Assembly (NCBI GenBank): GCA_000934665.2
Contig: KZ538301.1
Location: 62,001 to 85,325 of the forward strand
DNA from: Catajapyx aquilonaris
Taxonomy: Eukaryota
DNA: 23,325 nucleotides
Direction: 5' to 3'
The notes under the pieces are model-generated. The model did not search any database, was not told the origin of the DNA, and saw nothing but the letters and a program-made list of their open reading frames with translations. Of this stretch, positions 22,182 to 23,325 are shown in pieces (the first letter of the stretch is position 1; each line of letters begins with the position of its first letter). The translations under genes were made by a program, and so were the position numbers.

Positions 22182-23325
22182 AAACACGACTGAGAGGACA
22201 GGCGCGTCTATCTGAATAGAAGAATGTGTAGGAGCGATTGCCAGAGTACAAGCGATAACAGATAACGATAAAAGAATCAACACACTGCCCAACGAACCGT
22301 GGGCATGATAATTATGTTCGGTCCATTTGTGAAATGTCTTCCCATTATACACACTGCCCCAAAAATTGGGCATTCTATACAGTGCCCTGGTCATTTTACA
22401 AAATGACCAGATTAAACACATTGACCGCAACATATACAATATATAATAAATGTATATAATTGCCCTGAAGAATAGCAGCCGACTCTGTTTACATCGCCAG
22501 CTGGATGAATAACACATCAACCCTATTCTGTCTCCACTCTTTGGACTTGAGCAGAAAAACACTGTGGAATGAAGTGACTCGGAGTCCCGTGCTTTTAAAC
22601 TGCAAACCTGTACAACACAAAAGAAGTGTTTACTTGCATTGTATAACAAACTGAAGTAATATTATTGTTGTTGTTTTTTACTTGCCAACGTAATATACGT
22701 ACTAGTACCCTATATTTTTAAAATTGCAAATTCCATAAAATGAAGCTGTGCAACCTTTTCTAAGCACCAGACATGTCTGTAGGATACTAGAGCATACAAT
22801 GTTGTAATATTAATAAAGAAATACTAAGATTTGTCTAGGAAAGAAACTGCCAATTTTGGCAGACTATTTGCATAATTGATTTACATACTAATTGTTGCAA
22901 GTGAGTTTCAGGAAAGATCAAGGTGCAGCTCCTGAACTGGATTATTTATTTATTTATTTAATTTTATTTACCTCATTGAGAGGATATCGCTCTTTTAGGG
23001 GGGGTGGAGCACCACCATATTTTCCATTTGTCGTTTTTCTAGATTTTCTTCAACTCCGTGCAGGGAAGAAGGGTGGTTCCATTTCAGATCAGCCAGTGAG
23101 TGAAAAAAGGTGTCAGGTCATAGTCATCGATTTTTTTGAAAAATATATATGTGAAACCCACATCGAATTGAACTCTTATGGAACAATCAGTTTTACCAGA
23201 TTAAATTTAGTTATCGAGTTATTAATAATTATTTGAAGGGGTACCAAAATCACAATCACGCGAAGACGCACTTTTTCCCGCTTTTTCCATTGCTTTCAAT
23301 GAGGATATCTCGGGAACTGTTCAGA

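Noticed and set aside
21936..22649. Longest ORF in the window (237 aa, minus strand)
   Set aside because: It runs antisense through the AAT microsatellite (poly-Leu) and the SINE, and has no recognisable domain.
1..23325. CRISPR array, prokaryotic operon or conserved insect miRNA
   Set aside because: There is no regular repeat-spacer array or gene-dense structure. I recognised no conserved mature miRNA by eye; a miRBase/Rfam search is needed to exclude one.

Overview
This is eukaryotic non-coding DNA, most likely an intron or intergenic region of a large-genome insect; the SINE central domain resembles the Lm1/Talua type. I see no credible intact protein-coding gene, and the supplied ORFs are mostly read through low-complexity tracts. 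Bases 1-13,000 are largely unique sequence with purine/pyrimidine tracts, microsatellites, one tRNA-derived SINE with a 14-bp TSD and a 124-bp near-perfect palindrome. Bases 13,500-22,200 are transposon-rich: three more SINE copies, an orphan Tc1-like end, two Tc1/mariner (pogo-like) MITEs and a LINE fossil. A resolvable nest lies at 17,874-20,700: a long-TIR mariner-type MITE hosts a pogo-like MITE and a Sola1-like element (ATTT TSD, transposase remnant), which itself carries a 41-bp retroposed tail. The most notable pattern is a covarying 3' stem-loop ending in CGG(G/A)GTA, shared by SINEs with different tRNA heads. I found no evidence of a new protein-coding system. All family assignments are from memory and need database confirmation.
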